A stretch of DNA of 61,358 nt, from assembly GCF_004010195.1 (NCBI RefSeq), contig NC_057718.1, positions 22,576,291 through 22,637,648 of the forward strand, given 5' to 3'. The translations under genes and the position numbers were made by a program. Below, in pieces: positions 1 through 11,600 of this stretch (position 1 is its first letter; each line of letters begins with the position of its first letter). The DNA is from Chiloscyllium plagiosum (lineage: Eukaryota). Under the pieces are notes generated by a model. The model did not search any database and was not told the DNA's origin. It saw only the letters and a list, made by a program, of their open reading frames with translations.

Positions 1-370
1 TATAACTGTACAGAGGCCGGTATCCCATCACCAAGTTACCTTTTATTTACATGTGCCAGCCAGCTTGGATTCAGTCCCTGAGGAGCGGAGATTATGAATC
101 CCCTGTTTATATCTATCAGCCAAGGCTCCCTGATTAGTCCAGGGTCAACAACCCCAGTTGAGGATGTCATAGTCAATATGATCCACCAAACAGTATGTGT
201 TTGTACTTCAGAAAGTTTGAAACATTGCTGTCAATTACTTCTCGATTAAGCTAAATGGAATAAAAAAATCCACTCATTCTGTTTACTTCATATACTTATC
301 TTTATATCTTACCAGCTTACTGTCGTATGAGGTTGACCAATTACTCATAACCTAACCTCATAACCACTGT

Positions 371-699
371 GCAGCATGGTGGCTCAGTTAGCATTGCAGC
401 CTCACATCACCAATGATCTGGGTTCGATTCCAACTTCAGGCAACTGTCTGTGTGGAGTTTGCACATTCTCCCCATGTCTGCGTGGGTTTCCTCCTGGTGC
501 TCCGGTTTCCTCCCACAATCCAAAAATGTGCAGGTTAGGTGAATTGGCCATGCTAAATTGCCCGTAGTGTTAGGTGCGTTAGTCAGGGGTAAGTATAGGT
601 AGGGGAATGGGTCTGGGTGAGTTACTCTTCGGAGGGTCGGAGTGGACCTGTTGGGCCGAAGGGCCTGTTTCCATACTATAGGGAATCTAATCTAATCTA
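371..699 (+). mobile_element. HE1-like tRNA-derived V-SINE, full length
   Basis: A box tggctcagttag, B box ggttcgattcc, V-domain tgtgtggagtttgcacattctcccc...gggtttcctcc, CR1-like tail and (taatc)n end. Confidence 0.9.
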
Positions 700-729
700 C
701 TAACTGGTCACACGTTTGTGTTCAACTCA

Positions 730-975
730 TCAGGCGAATGTAAAAGATCCCATTTCACTCTCTGAAGAAAAGCAGAGGAGTTCTCTTTGGCCTATGTTTA
801 TCCTTAACACCACATCCCCCTAAAACAGATTATTTGGCCACATTCTCAGTTTTTATGTGTCTTTCCTGTGCACAAAAAATGGCTGCCATTTTTTCTATTG
901 AGCATACTTTATTGGTGGTAAAACGCTTTGAGATATTCTGAAGCCGTGAGAAAATGACCTGATATATATTGTCTG
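730..975 (+). mobile_element. Decayed Deu-domain SINE (SacSINE1/AmnSINE1-like), central and 3' part
   Basis: taaaagatcccat...atggctgcc...aaacgctttgagat motifs recalled from DeuSINEs; boundaries approximate. Confidence 0.5.
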
Positions 976-989
976 AAAAGGTTTTGAAG

Positions 990-1117
990 GTGGGTCACAA
1001 GACCCGAAATGTTAACTCTGCTTTCTCTCCAGGATGCTGCCAGACTTGCTGAATTTTTCCATGTAATTTCTGATTCTGTTTCTGATTTCCAACATCCACA
1101 GGTTTTTGGGGTTTTTT
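990..1117 (+). mobile_element. PLE terminal fragment
   Basis: gggtc..gacccgaaatgttaactc...gatgctgccagac motif shared with other PLE ends in the window. Confidence 0.7.
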
Positions 1118-1198
1118 TTATATGTAATATCTCTCTCTTTTATCTTCTCTCTATAAACAACCGGGAATAACTTCAGTCTCACTGGCCAAGTGATAATT

Positions 1199-1692
1199 AG
1201 TAAGACAACTGTCAGAAAGCAGATAGTGGGGATAAAAGGGTCCTTTTCAGGATGGAAGCCAGTGACTAGTGGTGTTCCCCAAGGGTCAGTGTTAGGATCT
1301 CAGCTTTTCACTTTATACGATAATGATCTGGATTAAGGAACTGAGGGCATTCTGGCTAAGTTTGCAGACAATACAAAGATAAGTAGAGGGACAGGTAGTA
1401 TTGACAAGACAGGGAGGCTGCAGAAGGACTTAGGCAGATTAGGAGAGTGGGCAAGAAAGTGACAGATGGAATACAACGTGGGAAAGTATGAGGTCATGTA
1501 ATTTGGTAGGAAGAATAGAAGCACAAACTATTTTCTAGATGGGAAGAAACTTCAGAAATCTGAAGTGTAAAGGGACTTCGGAGTCCTAGCCCAGGATTTT
1601 GTTCGGGTAAACTTGCAGGTTGTGTCCGTAGTTAGGAAGACAAATACAACGTTGACTTTTATTTTGAGAGGACTAGAATGTAAAAGCTGGGA
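1199..1692 (+). mobile_element. CR1 LINE RT fragment, followed by a PLE terminal fragment (about 1697-1826)
   Basis: Degenerate [10 protein letters not shown]...INDL...KFAD motifs. Confidence 0.85.
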
Positions 1693-2590
1693 TGAGGAAG
1701 GGCCACCAGACCCAAACCTTAACTCTGATTTCTCATCACAGATGCTGCCAGACCTGCTGAGCTTTTCTAGAAACTTCTGTTTTCATTACTGTTTTGCGGC
1801 ATCCACAGTTCTTTCATTTTTTATTTGACTTTTCTTAAATTTTAAGTGTTCCCAAGGTTGTTTGGGGTTGTCAGAGTCAAGATGACTTATCTAATGTTGC
1901 TTACCTTCCCAAGCTTTTTGTTGAAGCTCAGGTCCTGGGATATCTGTGTGCCACGTTAGTGCCCCGAATGACAATTTCACTAGCACATGTACGCTCAACT
2001 CAGGGTCGACTGGGAACAGTGAGAATCCTTTCTGTTATCCTGACGCACTTTGTACAGTGCAGCCTGCCTGTATAGCATTGCAAAACAACACTTTTCACCA
2101 TATCTTGGTAAATGTGACAACAATCAATCAATCAGATTGTCTTTTACTAGTTCACACAAATCTGGCTATTCCTTTGTGAAATTTGGTTGAAAAAAAAATC
2201 CCAGATGTTTTTGTAGATGGCATACAGTTTTCTTGCTAATAATATAGGAAATGCAAATCTGCAGACTCAAAATCAAAATGGTGAAGTCCTTTGTAAATTG
2301 AGTATGTTCCAAGGATAGTATTTGGAGGAAGAATCACAAAATATGCAGATGACTGTGAAATAATTCTAACACCCTTCATAAACAGCAGGAAGTCTTGAAG
2401 GTTTATGTATATCCACAGTGCAGGTAAATCCCAAGTTTGTTTCAAATAGATAAAAGGATTGCTGGTTCAAATTCACATATGTTTGAATACACATTAGTTC
2501 ACATTAGTTTATACAGTGTTGTGGCATTGTTTATATGTCAGCGAGATGACAGCTTGGCTAAACATTCAATGAATTTTGTTTCTTTTTCAG

Positions 2591-2696
2591 ATTAACATGT
2601 TGCTGAGTTTCAAGAATGACAGGCGTGAATGCCCTTGCCCCGTAGAAGTCCGTGAAGAACTGTTGGATTTCCATGAAGACCTCATGGCCCATTGTG
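2591..2696 (+). CDS. RYR2: RYR2 exon A (106 nt) [36 protein letters not shown]
   Basis: ttttcag acceptor, gtgagt donor; RyR homology. Confidence 0.95.
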
Positions 2697-5600
2697 GTGA
2701 GTTTGATGGGTAGAATTCGTGACTCATGTCAGAGGCAGGACTGGGAGGCAGGAAGGCAGGAAAATCAGCATCAGAAGTGGCAGGTTGGGTTGGTGGTGTG
2801 TTCCTGTCTCCTGCCCGTTTTTGGTTGGTTGGGGAGTGGATGGACCATTATTGTAATTAAAGGACAATTAAGGTCATTAGCCAACTGGTAGCAGACCTTG
2901 TAGGCATTGGGGTAGTGGGTGAAGCGGTTTGTTGCTGGTGGTGCTCCTGCTGTCCTTTAAACATCTACTCTGTAAATGCCCCTCAATTCTCACACTCACT
3001 CACTTGTACTTTCTTCCACTGGTTTACTGCTGATGTGTCAGAGCTCAAGGGCTCCTTCTCTCTCCCTCCCACGTTCTGTTCTTAAATTTACTCTGGGCAG
3101 CTGTGAAATTGGCCACCTCCTCAAAAAACACCTTCTGGTATGAATACTGGCTTGTTTGAAATTCCTGGTCCACATTTCCACCTCACAGTGATATCAGGTC
3201 AAACACAAAGAAAAACAGCTTTACTAACCTGTGCATGTTAACTAAAAATCTAGAGGAACAAAGGCTAATTTGTATAATATGTGAAAACTAATGGTTTCTG
3301 CATTAAACTTCACTACTATCTACAAACCTCAGCAGTAAAATGTCATGGGCAAAATATAATCAGACCATAGTGAATCACCAATGAACACTTATTAGGATGA
3401 TTTTTTACAACATCTTTTAATTGCTTCCAACATTTGTAACTTTAGTCATTGAGTCATCGCAATTATTTGTTAAAAATACATAGTTCAAGTGTGAAAATTG
3501 CAATTGGTTTTTATTTTCTTGTATTAAATTCAAATTTCACCATTTGCCATGTTGGAATTTGAACCCATATTACCAGAACATTAGCCTAGGGTTCTGGATT
3601 ACTAGCCCAGTGATGCTACCATCACACCATCACTTAGAGATACAGTCTCTCAACATCAGCTGCCTCTGCATTGAGGCTGTTTTGGATTTTTTCCAGATTT
3701 CAAATCAGATGCCTTGGTCAGTCGTCGTTTCTGGTCAAGGTGGGGTCATAGCAAGTTTTGAGAAGATTTGTAGCTCAGATTGAGGTTCTGTATATGGGTT
3801 TGCTCGCTGAACTGGAAGGTCCATTTCCCGATGTTTCGTTGCCTTACTAGGTAACAACTTCAGTGGGCTCCAGGCGAAGCACTGCTGATAATTCCTGCTT
3901 TCTATTTATATGTTTGGGTTTCTTTGGGTTGGTGATGTCATTGCCTGTGGTGATGTCATTTCCGGAAGTGATGTCATTTCCGGCTCTTTTTCTCGGGGGT
4001 GGTAGGTGGGGTCTAACTCGATGTGTTTGTTGATAGAGTTCCGGTTGGAATGCCATGCTTTGAGGAATTCTCCATGTTGTTTGGCTTGTCCTAGGATGGG
4101 TGTGTTGTCCCAGTCGAAGTGGTGTCCTTCCTTATGTATATGTAAGGATACTAGTGAGAGAGGGTCATGTCGTTTTGTGGCTAGTTGATGTTCATGTATC
4201 CTGGTGGCTATTTTCTGCCTGTTTGTCCAATATAGTGTTTGTTACAGTTCTTGCATGACATTTTGTAAATGTCAGTAATTTTGCTTGTTGTCTGTATAGG
4301 GTCTTTCAAGTTCATTAGCTGCTGTTTTAGTGTGCTGGTGGGTTTGTGGGCTACCATGATGCCAAGGGGTCTGAGTAGTCTGGCAGTCATTTCCAAGATG
4401 TCTTTGATGTAGGGAACAGTGGCTTAGGTTTCTGGATGTGTTTTGACTGCTTATTTGGGTTTGTTCCTGAGAAATTGGCAGACTGTGTTCAGTGGGCACC
4501 CATTCTTTTTGAATACACGGTATAGGTGGTTTTCCTCTGCTATGCGTAGTTCATCTGTGCTGCAGTGTATGTTGGCTCGTTGAAATAATGTTCTGATGCA
4601 TTATCAGGTGGGGTCAAGCGTCATTTGGAGTGCAGGAATAGATTGGCTCGTAAGTGGCAAAACTGATGGCACATTTGGCATGCATCGTCTAGCTTGATTG
4701 TTCAGGGAAGTTAATTTTATTAAAGGAAAAAACATTGATGTGCGGCACATTCTAAAAATATCTGGCTTTCAGGCAGCTCCAGTTTTTAGACAGTCAGGTT
4801 GGAACAAGTATTTGTGTTTGAGTGTATTCTATTTCTCACAGAATACAATTTATGACTGGATTATATGCTCCCCTGCTGACAGGTTTAATGGCAGGGTGAT
4901 GTTGGTGTTGCGCCTTTATCTCACTTGCCTGCCCAAGCCCATACCCACTGTTTAAAGTTGGATGGGGTTGGGGGTAGGGGACGCTGTTAAGGTGACCCAT
5001 CAGCCCCTGGGTCTTTTGAGTTATTGAGGCTCTTAAGGGATCAATTGCCAGCCACAGAATAGAAAAGCTTGTTCCAGTGGGGAGGCCCGCAGTTTTAGCT
5101 ACACAGGCTGGTGTCAGACAAAGGGAGAAAGTGGGGGTAACCTCCTGTGCAAGCTGTCTGGCCTTATCACAGCTACGACCTGTCACACATTCATTCCCTC
5201 CTATAGACCTCACCCCTGGCCTCTTGAGCCTTCCCCCCCGCACCCCCCCTCCTCCCGACTGCCCCACCCCAAACACTCTAAATTAACAGAACCTGCTGGC
5301 TTGGCCCATTTGAGACCTTGGATTGTAGGAGTACCAGGGATTCTGTGCCTGTAATCCCAGAGGTATCCATCACACCACATTCGATTGGCTGGACACCTCT
5401 AAGGCTGGTCCTCCTCCTCCTGAGAGAGGGGAATGAAGTTGCTCCTCCAACCAGTTGACTTTGCATTCAATGTTAATCAGTTGCAAGGCAATTGCTGAAC
5501 CATACAGGTTCTACAGACCATCACTGTGTTCCCAAACCTTTTAGCTATGGGCACAGGGACTACAGTGCCCTGTTAATACTTGCTGGACATCTCTGACACT

Positions 5601-8600
5601 TAGCTAAATAATTCTGGACTGTGAAGTGAAAAAAACCCTGCAATTTGTAGGCATTAACCCTTCCTTGCTAAAATGACAATAGACATCATATTCTACATTT
5701 CTGGGTAAACAGTTGTCTGAAACAGGTGAGCTCTTTGGACACCCAGATTGATGCCAGCCACATTGCTGGTGTTAATGGAGCAGTAAAGCTATTAATTTCA
5801 TTTAATATGTTGTCACTGCCCCATTAACATCAAGTGAAAGGATGTAAAAATTACCGTCATGATATAATTTTTTTTACACACAGTTAAAGTTTTGTTAATT
5901 AATCAATGTTAACTATTGATTAATTGATCGATTTTGAGTTCCCTTTGTTATGGACCAGACCAAACCAGACCCCTTTAAATATTTTGGGAAGGTAGTGTCG
6001 ACCCTAACTTTGTCTTACTTTAAAGGCAGATGCGAAGTGCTGTGTTCCAGATGCAATGTGACTAGTCAAACTACTTGACGTTAAGCAAAACACAGTTTAT
6101 TTAAATACTATAGTAAAAATCCAAACAAAAGAAAGAGTTTAGAATAACTTAGCTATTAGAAAACTTAACTGAATAATAGATACAATAACTAATACTAATT
6201 ACCAGTTCCAGTATAGTAGCATCCTATAAACACACTCCTTGACATAAAGGCAAATTCAGACACAGATTCTCACATGCAGTTCTCCCATTTGGGAAGGAAC
6301 ACGACATCAAGAGAAAATTTAGAGAGAGAAGCAGCCCAGAGACATTCACTGAATCTTCCAACTCTGCTGAGATCCCAATAGTTTCTGATGCTACTGAAAA
6401 AAAACAAAACCCAGAAATCTGGAACTGTGAGAGCAGGCCACACATATTCAGACAACATAAAAAAAGGCCTCCCAAGCTGTTTAATCACCCAGACTGTTCA
6501 CTACCTCTGCCTTCCAATCACTCTTCAAAAAAAGAGGATAAAATAACCCCCCCAAAGCCACAGCATCATCACACCTTGGATCAATTGTACTTCAGAAACA
6601 AAAAAAAACTTATTAGACAATATCTGGGATTAGTTGACATTGTACAAACTGAAGCAATGCGTTTCTGATGGAAAATTCTAGCAAGTTATTGACAAGATGA
6701 GGACAGTTATTGACAAAGTGTTTTTAATCTTAATGATTGCCTTATGTCATTAAACCATCCTCCACTGTTACATCACTTCCTTCATCAGATTAAATAGCAG
6801 ATTTAAAATGAGTCAATATAAAGCAATTTCACAAAGAGAGCCCTGTACTGTGGTTTGTTTTCCAAATGCTATTAATTTAAATGGGATTTCAATTGCTAAA
6901 AACAAGTCACAATTCTTTTTACAGGCATTGAACTGGAAGAAGAAGAAGCAAATAATGATGACAGTGATTCCACAATCAGAGGGCGACTTATGAATTTGGT
7001 GGAAAAAGTGACCTACTTAAAGAAAAAGCAGGAAGAGAATCCAGTGGAACAGGAGACAAAAAAGCCCAGTTAGTGTTTGTTTCTGAAGTGTGTTAGAAGT
7101 GATTTCCTTTAGATTTGATGATTTCAGATCATGAGTCAGCCTTTTGAAATATACTGTTTTACCCTCTCTATTTCTACACCCTAGGCATTCTAAATTTTTA
7201 AATTGTACCTTTGGAAATGAACGCTTATTTTGCAAAGGTCTTATCAATCAGGCTTTGATGGTAAAACTGCAGGTGCTGGAAAACCAACATTTAAAAAGCA
7301 GAAAAAGTTGGGGATGTTTCTCAGGTCAGACTGCAACTGCAGACAAAGAGCACCCCGATGAAATCTCAGAGACCTGAAACATTAACTCTTGTCTTTTTTT
7401 CCACATATGCTCCCCAACCTGTTGAGTATCTCCAGCATTTTCTTGGTTATTAAATATTATTGGTTACAGATCGACATGACTCATGATTGCTGTGCAGTAT
7501 CATAGCCTAGAGATGTTATCTTGATGGATAGAGCGGGGAAGGGGGGGAAGAAATTGTCAGAGAGGGCAGAAAAATGGGTTGAACTATTTAAGAAATTGAA
7601 AACCAATTGGTTTTGGAAATTTTAAAGGATATGCTTTATAAAGTTATGAGATAACAAAAATCAGTTGCTCGATATGGAGTGTCTTAAGATCTGTTCGATA
7701 GCTTACAAAGTTGAGAAAACAGTGGCCCCGGAATTTGGATGATGTCAGTTGATTCTATAAGAAAAAGATCCAAACAAACAAAAATAATCTTTTTTTTCTG
7801 AAGATTTGCATTTAATAACAAAACTTTATTATTGTACAGGGGATTGAACATGAGAACATGATGAAAGTGTACATATTTGACAACATGTTTCAGGACAGTG
7901 CTGTCAGGAAATTGTAAGCCTGTGTGTTGAAATGAAGGTCTGGTTTTGGTTTTGTTCTTTAGCTACCCTGCAGCAGTTGATCTCTGAGACCATGGTACGT
8001 TGGGCCCAGGAATCAGTGATTGAAGACCCAGAGTTGGTTCGGGCCATGTTTGTGCTTTTGCATCGGCAGTATGATGGCATTGGTGAGCTGGTTCGTGCTT
8101 TACCCAAGACATACACAATAAATGGAGTGTCTGTGGAGGACACAATCAACTTGCTTGCTTCACTGGGCCAAATCAGATCTCTTCTGAGTGTCAGAATGGG
8201 TAAAGAAGAGGAGAAATTGATGATCCGTGGGCTCGGGTGAGTAAACAGAATCTGGTGTTGGGCAGCTCAAATGAAGTTGATTTATAACCTGTGGTGGAAA
8301 GAATTATCTTCTTACTGAACTGCATCATTTTTCAAATGATAGAGACTTCTATTTACTTTAAAGGTTGAAAACAGTTTTTAACATTATTACACATTTTGGA
8401 TGTTGTAGGAATGACTAATTTGCCTGCTTGAAATTCCTCCCTCTACTAGATTTGGAGTGGAGGTGTTAACTCATTTACGGTAGTGGGTTCATGTCTAGAA
8501 AAGATGAGTTTGAGACAAATGCGTTTGATTTGCAAATCTTTCATCCCACAGTATCATTTCAAGGCCCATCTTTTGGAGGATTTTGAAAGAATCTTTTATT

Positions 8601-11600
8601 TGAAAAACTTTAACATGACAATATCTGCCACAGAATATTGTAGCCAATTATAACCTAATGTTGTTGTCGTGATACATCTCATAGTTAATATGCAATATAC
8701 CTTTAAAAGAGAAAATGCTGGAAAATCTCAGCAGGTCTGGCAGCATCTGTAAGGAGAGAAAATAGCTGATGTTTCGAGTCTAACTTTGTCAAAGGGTCAG
8801 TTAGACTCGAAACGTCAGCTCTTTTCTCTCCTTACAGATGCTGCCAGACCTGCTGAGATTTTCCAGCATTTTCTCTTTTGGCTTCAGATTCCAGCATCCG
8901 CAGTAATTTGCTTTATACCTTTAAAAGATATGCCTGTTATAACATCACCATATCATAGCGCGTGACCAAGGGTCTCAGGTGCCATCTTAACTGAGGCCAC
9001 TTGAAACATGGCACATTAATAGAAGCATGATACTATTTGGAACCAAATAGCTAAATATTATTCCAGATGCTGAAGTGCCAGAGTCTGCAATGCATGTGTA
9101 TCGACAAGGAGTTGTAATAAGTGTCCATTGAATCTTTAAGTGCCGTGTTATCCACATTTAGTTCTTACATTACCAGAGCTAACATAACTGTTGTCTCATC
9201 AGATGCAATGTCCTCCTGGAGGCAAAGCCCACGCTATAGTGGAAAATGATAGGGGAGATAATCAGAATGTATGTAATTCTGTTTTAATAACTATTCCAAT
9301 CTATTTTTCATTGAAGTTGACTATCTGTGATATTAAGTGGAGTTTAAGACCAATGATCCACTTGACACGTGCACTTCTCACCCAGTAGATAAAGTTAAAA
9401 ATACTCCCATTACATTTCATGATTCTGTAGGTATGAAGGCATTGAGACACCTGCTTCAGCATGCAGCCTTTGCAAATGAGAATGATCTTTCCTCCAAAAA
9501 CCTACTGTAAGAGAGCTTTGGATTTGTTTTGGGAGGGTAACACCAAAAGGCTCCTTAACTTGAGGCCAGGGCCATATTTGAATTGTTCTGATCTACTATT
9601 CAAAGCAAATGCTTTGAAAACAAGAGGTGGGAGTTAGATATGAGCAAATTCCTAAGAGAATGATCCCTGAACTAATTCTTCACTAACTGAAACTGCCAGC
9701 GTCATGGTTCCAGAGTGTGGGTAGGAGAGTTGTCTGTATGTTGGGTGGTAAACATATATGATCAATAATTATCTTTGAGGAAGTTGGATTTTTAAAATAG
9801 GAGCAGATGAATTCTGTTCTGTGAAGATAATTTGTTTTTCTGAAAGAGGTCGGGAAGTAATTTGGAATTGTGACCTAAACACATCATTTCCAAGAAGACG
9901 TGTGATTCAATCAAGTGCTGAGCAAGATTCCTGTACTGCTGCATTTTATGAAATACAGAGAAAACAGAGGAGGAGCAACTAATTTAGTTTGAGTCTAGTT
10001 CAGAATTATCAGGAGTTTGGTTCAGGGAAACAGTCACCCGAGCAGAAAGGTGTGAGCTCATAAAGGCCCGAATCTATGAGAGTTTATTTTAAAGTTTTCA
10101 AATTGTCAGAATTGAAATGAGGTTGAGGCCACCAGAATTTGAAAGAAGTCAGAAAACCGTATCAGCATTCCAAGGAGGACAACTGGCAATAGTCAGTTAA
10201 ATAAGGAATTAAAGATTTGCAATAATAGTGAAATCCCTCAGAATTAAGTATCTGTAAAGTATAATTTGTGTTGCTACTTTATGTCTTTCTTTACATAAAT
10301 GTGTGTTCCTGTATTAAAGAATCCTGGTTGCCTCCTATGAATATGTTCAGTGACTAAACAGCTACAAAACTACAACATTAATCAATAAAACCAGGTTTCA
10401 TTCTGGGATTTAACTTGTCCTATACTTGTATTTTTTGGTATCATAACAAAGGCCATGGGAAACTTTGATCACAAATATCCCAGGCTTCTGGAGGCTGCAT
10501 CTGGGAACGTTGAAGATGAGGTGGTGGGATAGATGACCTTGTTAATCGTTGATTCTGGGAACTTTCAGTCATGCCAGAGGGATGGAAAACGTAATTTCAT
10601 GCCTGAGGATGCCCTTAGTTAAAATGGCAGAAAATGCAAATATGGCATGAAGTGCCGAATACGAGAGTGACAACCCACCTCACATAACCTGGAACTGACA
10701 GGCTTTTTTCTAGCCTCTAAAAGTTACTTTGAATTGGATTTTCACATTACAGCTTTGGTTTCAATATGTTTGCCAGTATCAAAAAAAAAATTTGCTTGTG
10801 CTCAGAAATTCAGAGTATGCCATTCTAAAAGAAAACAAATTTTAAAAAGTCAAAGTTTGGTTGAAATATTCTGAAAGCCAACAACTTAAATAATGTTGCC
10901 TAAAAGTGATATTGTCACAACAATTAACCAACATCCATAAGTGACTATTTGTAAATAAGTTTCTTTATTCACATAGGGACATAATGAACAACAAAGTGTT
11001 TTACCAACATCCAAATCTAATGAGGGCTCTGGGGATGCATGAGACAGTGATGGAGGTGATGGTGAATGTGCTTGGAGGTGGAGAATCCAAGGTAGATTCA
11101 TTTGGATTTAAACTTCATTAACGTTTATTGTCACAATATCTCAATTCTTTGCATTCTGCTCCTGGATGCATCATCCCAATAAGTAATTTATCAGAGAATT
11201 TATTCATTAAAATATGATTCAGCAGTATCTCTTTCTTATTGATAGTACATATTTCTTGTTGGTATCACCGTCTTGAGTTTTAGCCTGAGTCTAAGTATGT
11301 TGAAGAATGAGTTGTAAATTACCATTAACTTGTCATCTTTTGAGGCAGTGTCAACACTATTTTACCCATCTTCAGAGCTGAAGCCATGAAACCTCTTTCA
11401 TATGTACACATTTTCAACAAGGATGCAACACACTCTACAAAATTTGAATTAAATATGCATATTTATATCAATTAAAAAGGTACAATATTACCTATTTTCC
11501 CTCACAAGTATTTGATGTGTAGACCATTGTTTGCATATATGAAAAACACACAAATGAGGTTTCTGGATACAGCTTTGTTGAGTAAATTATATTGTCAACT

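Noticed and set aside
1..191. Possible short solo LTR at the window start
   Set aside because: It abuts the window edge, so neither TSD nor 5' TG can be verified.
376..567. Recurrent small ORF family (…GELAMLNCP / MANSP…) and tRNA-like heads
   Set aside because: Chance frames of the HE1-like SINE; the heads are SINE promoters, not tRNA genes.
4836..5466. 146-aa minus-strand ORF in a GC-rich patch
   Set aside because: No recognisable domain; looks like an unclassified decayed repeat, with similar patches near 2.8, 45.7 and 59.4 kb.
6224..6475. Similar ORFs at 6224-6475 and 54191-54478 (LCLNLPxCQGVCL) as a duplicated gene
   Set aside because: Both lie within homologous solo LTRs; frames are not conserved elsewhere.
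9100..10448. Possible decayed LTR ending ...ggtatcataaca
   Set aside because: No matching 5' terminus or TSD found.
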